12,586 bases of DNA, from IMG/VR virus record IMGVR_UViG_2534681978_000013. One strand, written 5' to 3'. Source of the stretch: a virus. Taxonomy: Duplodnaviria > Heunggongvirae > Uroviricota > Caudoviricetes. Numbering within the stretch: position 1 is the first letter of the stretch; each line of letters begins with the position of its first letter. Below the pieces are notes generated by a model. That model was not told where the DNA came from. It saw only the letters and a list, made by a program, of their open reading frames with translations, and made no database searches. A program made the translations under genes and the position numbers. Of the stretch, positions 8,542-12,586 are shown piece by piece.

Positions 8542-8605
8542 TATCACCGCAAGGGATAAATATCTAACACCGTGCGTGTTGACTATTTTACCTCTAGCGG
8601 TGATA
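8542..8605. promoter_or_regulatory. OR operator array with PRM/PR: OR3 8542-8558, OR2 8565-8581, OR1 8589-8605; PR -35 TTGACT 8579-8584, -10 GATAAT 8602-8607
   Basis: tatcaccgcaagggata (OR3) and taacaccgtgcgtgttg (OR2) match lambda exactly; OR1 reads tacctctAgcggtgata, one base different from lambda TACCTCTGGCGGTGATA (position 8596). Confidence 0.9.
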
Positions 8606-8631
8606 ATGGTTGCATGTACTAAGGAGGTTGT

Positions 8632-8832
8632 ATGGAACAACGCATAACCCTGAAAGATTATGCAATACGCTTTGGGCAAACCAAGACGGCTAAAGATCTC
8701 GGCGTATATCAAAGCGCGATTAACAAGGCCATTCATGCAGGCCGAAAGATTTTTTTAACTATAAACGCTGATGGAAGCGTTTATGCGGAAGAAATAAAGC
8801 CCTTCCCAAGTAACAAAAAAACAACTGCATAA
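8632..8832 (+). CDS. cro: Cro repressor, 66 aa
   Basis: [66 protein letters not shown] is near-identical to lambda Cro (two conservative differences by recollection). SD AAGGAGG upstream. Confidence 0.95.
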   Translation: MEQRITLKDYAIRFGQTKTAKDLGVYQSAINKAIHAGRKIFLTINADGSVYAEEIKPFPSNKKTTA

Positions 8833-8839
8833 GTAACAC

Positions 8840-8885
8840 CGCTCTTTTCACAATGGACATTCGTCCTACGTCGCTGACAAAGCGA
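8840..8885 (+). promoter_or_regulatory. Putative nutR: boxA-like CGCTCTTTT (8840-8848) and boxB hairpin TCGCTGACAAAGCGA (8871-8885)
   Basis: boxA-like 9-mer right after the cro stop; 5-bp stem with GACAA loop matching the nutL candidate. The 22-nt spacing is longer than in lambda. Confidence 0.45.
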
Positions 8886-8970
8886 GTCCCAATATATCTG
8901 ACCAACTAAGGCCATATGCGTTTCCACGCATACCTTTCAACTAACTATTCACTATTGGAAATCTTAAGAA

Positions 8971-9267
8971 ATGGAACAAACAAGTTACAGCAAACTATCA
9001 CAGCGCGATATCGATCGCGCTGAAACGGATTTACTTATCAACCTGTCAGCTCTGACGCAAAGGGGACTGGCGAAGATGATTGGCTGTCATGAATCGAAGG
9101 TCAGTCGTACCGACTGGCGATACATCGCGGCGATTTTATGCGCGTTTCAGATGGCATCTGATATCAGTCCGATCAGCCGGGCTTTCCAGCATGCCATTAA
9201 CGTTCATGCAAATAAAAAACGTCCGGTTGGGGCCGGACGTTCTGAGCAAATCCTGATGAATATCTGA
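8971..9267 (+). CDS. cII: CII-like transcriptional activator, 98 aa (non-lambda allele)
   Basis: Position immediately right of cro/nutR; C-terminal NKKRPVGAGRSEQILMNI parallels lambda CII NKKRPAATERSEQIQMEF; helix-turn-helix-like segment in the middle. Confidence 0.65.
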   Translation: MEQTSYSKLSQRDIDRAETDLLINLSALTQRGLAKMIGCHESKVSRTDWRYIAAILCAFQMASDISPISRAFQHAINVHANKKRPVGAGRSEQILMNI

Positions 9268-9338
9268 TATTCAGGCAGGGCATGGAGCAATACACGGGAA
9301 TAATTCTGCCACATCTGGAAGAATTTCGCCAGCAACAA

Positions 9339-9397
9339 CACCAACCGCAGCAGCCTGAAGCCGATTGGGTTAACCCGGGAGATACCGGGACCGTCTG
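9339..9397. repeat. 59-bp direct repeat, copy A, in the cII-O intergenic region
   Basis: caccaaccgcagcagcctgaagccgattgggttaacccgggagataccgggaccgtctg; contains the 10-bp palindrome GGGTTAACCC. Confidence 0.9.
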
Positions 9398-9429
9398 TGA
9401 AGATGTGCAGTCACACCAATGTGCAGTCA

Positions 9430-9488
9430 CACCAACCGCAGCAGCCTGAAGCCGATTGGGTTAACCCGGGAGATACCGGGACCGTCTG
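9430..9488. repeat. 59-bp direct repeat, copy B (identical to copy A)
   Basis: Same 59-mer 91 bp downstream of copy A; a 15-bp tandem gtgcagtcacaccaa x2 lies between and into it (9405-9435). Confidence 0.9.
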
Positions 9489-9521
9489 CGGTATGGAGTA
9501 AATCTTGTATGCGAGGGGACT

Positions 9522-10604
9522 ATGCGTAATTACGCAACAATTTCACCTCAGTTCTGGTTAGGCGAAACAGGGAGAAAACTAAGGAAGTCTGGTCCGGAAT
9601 GTATGGTAGTGGCGTTGTATATGATGACCTCGCCTCATTCCAATATGCTGGGCCTTTATTACCTGCCTGTTTTGTACATTGCTCACGAAACCGGACTTGA
9701 TCCTGAAGGGGCTTCTAAGGGGCTTCAAATGGCTTGCGAGGCTGGTTTTTGCAGCTATGACCATGATTCTGAGGTTGTATGGGTGCATGAAATGGCAGCA
9801 TGGCAGGTTGGTGAATCGCTGAAACCTGGCGATAACCGTTGTGCTGGGGTAAGAAATGAATATTCCGCGTTGCTGGAAAATCCTTTTTTATCATCCTTTT
9901 ATGATAGATATAAGGATGATTTCCACCTGGATGTCAGACGTGAATCATGTCGGAAAATTGAAGCCCCTTCAGAGCCCCTTTCAAGCCAAGAACAGGAACA
10001 GGAACAGGAACAGGAAAGGGATAAAACCCTTCTGGTCCATGGCGAAAAAATCGCCACGGACCCACAGGGGGATTTTTGTCCTGTTCTGACTGAACGTCCA
10101 GGACCAGATGGCACGACACCGGAAGCAGATTCCGGGCGTTGTGTGCAGCAGGTGCTGATCGTCGAACCGGAGCAACAACGCCAACCGCAGCAGCCTGAAG
10201 CCGATTCCGCGATGAGCGGGAAGCCGATTGGGTTAACCCGGGCGATGCCGGGACCGTCTGCGGGACGAGTTGATTATCCTGACGTGTTCGAACGGGTCTG
10301 GCGTGAATATCCGCATCGGGCAGGGTCAAACCCGAAGAAATCCGCGTTCAATGCCTGGAGGGCCAGATTACGCGAAGGGGTGTCACCGGATGTCGTGCTG
10401 GATGGCGTGAGGCGTTACGCAAGATACCTGGAGGCTACCGGGAAAGCGGGAACTGAATTTGTTCAGCAGGCATCGACGTTTTTTGGCCCGAACAGGAATT
10501 TCGAAAATCCGTGGTCGCTGCCGAAGGCTGGCGCAGTCAGCCTGCGTTGCGTGAATCACATTTCTGAACCGGACACCGAAATTCCGCCGGGTTTCAGGGG
10601 GTAA
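9522..10604 (+). CDS. Putative replication initiator in the O position, 360 aa
   Basis: Long ORF with GAGGGGA SD, in the lambda O position; N- and C-terminal domains separated by a Gln/Glu/Pro-rich linker; followed within 6 nt by the DnaC-like gene. Not lambda O by sequence. Confidence 0.75.
   Translation: MRNYATISPQFWLGETGRKLRKSGPECMVVALYMMTSPHSNMLGLYYLPVLYIAHETGLDPEGASKGLQMACEAGFCSYDHDSEVVWVHEMAAWQVGESLKPGDNRCAGVRNEYSALLENPFLSSFYDRYKDDFHLDVRRESCRKIEAPSEPLSSQEQEQEQEQERDKTLLVHGEKIATDPQGDFCPVLTERPGPDGTTPEADSGRCVQQVLIVEPEQQRQPQQPEADSAMSGKPIGLTRAMPGPSAGRVDYPDVFERVWREYPHRAGSNPKKSAFNAWRARLREGVSPDVVLDGVRRYARYLEATGKAGTEFVQQASTFFGPNRNFENPWSLPKAGAVSLRCVNHISEPDTEIPPGFRG
9987..10016 (+). repeat. Hexanucleotide repeat caagaa + (CAGGAA)x4 encoding (QE)n in the initiator linker
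   Basis: Perfect tandem CAGGAA units at 9993-10016, in frame (SQEQEQEQEQER). Confidence 0.9.
10171..10263 (+). repeat. Gene-internal homolog of the 59-bp repeats, with a 23-bp extra segment flanked by gaagccgatt direct repeats
   Basis: agcaacaacgccaaccgcagcagcctgaagccgatt[ccgcgatgagcgggaagccgatt]gggttaacccgggcgatgccgggaccgtctgcgg; shares the GGGTTAACCC palindrome. Confidence 0.85.
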
Positions 10605-10610
10605 TCAGCC

Positions 10611-11351
10611 ATGAAAAACATTTCGACAGGAGGGATTCTTGAACGGGTGCGCCGTCTGGCACCACCGCACGTGGCAGCACCGTTCCGGACGACCGACGAA
10701 TGGCGGGAATGGCAACTGGCTGAGGGCCGTAAGCGCAGCGAGGAAATTAACCGCCTGAATCATCAGGCGCGGGTTGAAAAAATCCTGAACCGTGCGGGCA
10801 TCCAGCCGCTTCACAGGAAGTGCTCATTCGGGAACTACCGGGTGCAGAACGACGGTCAGCGCCATGCTCTGAGCCAGGCGAAATCCATTGTCGATGAATT
10901 GATGACCGGTTATACAAACTTCGTGTTCAGCGGGAATCCGGGAACCGGAAAAAATCATCTGGCGGCGGCTGTGGGTAATCGTCTGCTGAAGGCCGGTAAA
11001 TCCGTGATAGTGGTCACCGTGGCGGATGTGATGAGCGCGTTACATGCCAGCTATGACGACGGACTGTCAGGAGAAAAATTTTTGCGTGAACTGTGCGAAG
11101 TGGACCTCCTGGTTCTTGACGAAATTGGCATCCAGCGTGAGACGAAAAACGAGCAGGTGGTACTGCACCAGATTGTTGACCGCCGGACGGCATCACTGCG
11201 CAGTGTCGGGATGCTGACAAACCTGAATCATGCCGCAATGAGCACGCTTCTTGGTGAGAGGATTATGGACCGGATGACCATGAACGGTGGTCGTTGGGTG
11301 AATTTTAACTGGGAGAGCTGGCGGTCAAACGTTGGACGTCAGGGTATGTGA
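10611..11351 (+). CDS. DnaC-like helicase loader (IstB-like AAA+ ATPase), 246 aa
   Basis: Walker A GNPGTGKNHLAAA and Walker B LLVLDEIG; occupies the P position directly after the initiator gene. Confidence 0.85.
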   Translation: MKNISTGGILERVRRLAPPHVAAPFRTTDEWREWQLAEGRKRSEEINRLNHQARVEKILNRAGIQPLHRKCSFGNYRVQNDGQRHALSQAKSIVDELMTGYTNFVFSGNPGTGKNHLAAAVGNRLLKAGKSVIVVTVADVMSALHASYDDGLSGEKFLRELCEVDLLVLDEIGIQRETKNEQVVLHQIVDRRTASLRSVGMLTNLNHAAMSTLLGERIMDRMTMNGGRWVNFNWESWRSNVGRQGM

Positions 11352-11376
11352 GAATTTTTGACGAGGTAAATTTTCG

Positions 11377-12147
11377 ATGGAAACCGTATTGCATGCACTG
11401 AAAGCGATGGGAAAAGCCAATTCTGTTGAACTGGCGGCGCGGCTTGATATCAGCCGTGAAGAAGTTCTCAACGAACTGTGGGAGCTCAAAAAAAATGGCG
11501 TTGTTGATAAAACGGGTCACACCTGGTTTCTGGCTGTCGAAGGTGAAGCCGGGGTAACCGAAGGGCAGGCACTACAACCTGAAGCGCCGGATGTGGTAAC
11601 CGAAGAGGTCGCTCCAAAAGTTACCGCAGACATGATGATTGAGTTTATCGATCAGGATGGGGCTAAAACGTGTGAGGAACTGGCGGGGAAGTTCGGTGTC
11701 AGCACTCGTAAGGTTGCTTCCACGTTGGCGGTGGTAACAGCAACGAGACGCCTGGTACGCGAGATCAGCAACGGAAAATTCCGTTACAAAATGCCTGATG
11801 TCGAAAACGGCGATTTGAGCGCTTTATCATCGCAGAATAAGCAATCACACCATGACGCAGAAAACAGCGTGGCAGGCGATGAAATGAATCGTTTTCCGTT
11901 GGCATCAGAGAGCACGGCAAAGGCCAGTACAGATGAGTTTATCCGAGAAGTTCCATCATTCACCGAAAAATCTGCCAGTTCGGTGATGCTTCCATCGCTG
12001 CATGCTGCCAGTCGAGAACTTCGTCGCGCCAAAAAACAGGTCCAGAAGTGGGAGCGAGTCTGCGCCGCGCTGCGGGAGCTGAACAAGCACCGGGATATTG
12101 TTCGACAGATTGTCGATTCATCCGGTCGTATTGTGTCGGAAAAGTGA
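11377..12147 (+). CDS. Hypothetical protein, 256 aa, with an N-terminal winged-helix-like segment
   Basis: SD GAGG upstream of the ATG; N-terminal LKAMGKANSVELAARLDISREEVLNELWELKKNGVVDKTGHTWFL resembles a winged-helix fold; repeated WH-like segments; function unknown. Confidence 0.65.
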   Translation: METVLHALKAMGKANSVELAARLDISREEVLNELWELKKNGVVDKTGHTWFLAVEGEAGVTEGQALQPEAPDVVTEEVAPKVTADMMIEFIDQDGAKTCEELAGKFGVSTRKVASTLAVVTATRRLVREISNGKFRYKMPDVENGDLSALSSQNKQSHHDAENSVAGDEMNRFPLASESTAKASTDEFIREVPSFTEKSASSVMLPSLHAASRELRRAKKQVQKWERVCAALRELNKHRDIVRQIVDSSGRIVSEK

Positions 12148-12586
12148 TTGCCGGAGGGCTTGTGGCAAAAGTTTTTACACAAGAAGAGCGGGAGAAAATT
12201 AAAGGGCAGGTTGTTGAACTCGTACGCCAGAGTGGGCGCGAGACGTTACGACAACTGGAAACTAAAACTGGGGCAACAAGATATCTGATGAGCGTTCTGG
12301 CCAGAGAACTGGTTGCCAGTGGCGATGTATACAACTCTGGTTACGGGTTATTCCCGTCTGAACAGGCGCGTAAGGACTGGCAAAATGCTCGCAAAAAACT
12401 CTCAAGGGCAAAGGTGAAGAAACCTGCAGTGGTTGATCCGGACCTTATCTGGTCGTTACCAGACGGCGAAATACGCCGCTACGACAGGCGNCNGAANATA
12501 ATCTGTCGCGAGTGCCGGAAGAGCGAAGTTATGCAGCGCGTACTGGCGNTTTATCANGGTAANTTTCAGGNNGTAGCGCAGTGAGT
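12144..12586 (+). CDS. Hypothetical protein, partial (runs off the window end), probable GTG start overlapping the upstream stop
   Basis: GTG at 12144 overlaps the TGA at 12145-12147 (GTGA) and is in frame with track ORF 12048..12584; the ATG at 12048 lies inside the upstream gene. The 3' end contains ambiguous bases. Confidence 0.5.

Noticed and set aside
9197-9430. Minus-strand ORF 9197..9430 (Cys/Trp-rich, 77 aa)
   Set aside because: Antisense across the cII 3' end and the repeat region; composition typical of a non-coding frame.
9339-9488. Possible CRISPR array, from the two identical 59-bp direct repeats
   Set aside because: Only two copies, the repeat is too long for a CRISPR repeat, and there are no regular spacers or cas genes; better explained as origin-related or a duplication scar.
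9579-10329. Minus-strand ORFs inside the initiator gene (9579..9788, 9899..10114, 9934..10329, 9981..10184)
   Set aside because: Antisense shadows within a well-supported plus-strand gene.

Overview
This window is the recombination / early-left / immunity / early-right region of a lambdoid (pro)phage with lambda immunity, read entirely by eye (no searches were run). Layout, left to right: bet (partial, minus) - gam - a 690-aa acidic protein - an AT-rich pair of unknown genes - a divergent small gene - a 238-aa zinc-ribbon protein - N-like antiterminator, all leftward from pL/OL. Then come a two-gene cassette of unknown function where lambda carries rexAB, cI, OR, cro, a non-lambda cII-like gene, an O-like initiator, a DnaC-like helicase loader and two further unknown proteins. 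OL1-3, OR3/OR2, cI and cro match my recollection of phage lambda nearly base-for-base, while the flanks are mosaic (boxB hairpins with GACAA loops, non-lambda N and replication genes). The strongest candidate for an undescribed system is the two-gene cassette at 6465-7771, co-transcribed with cI in place of rexAB. Secondary candidates are the terminator-insulated AT-rich pair at 3153-3862, the 238-aa protein abutting N, and a 59-bp repeat family upstream of and inside the O-like gene. No rRNA, tRNA, CRISPR array or transposase was seen. The last ~100 bases contain ambiguous bases (n).
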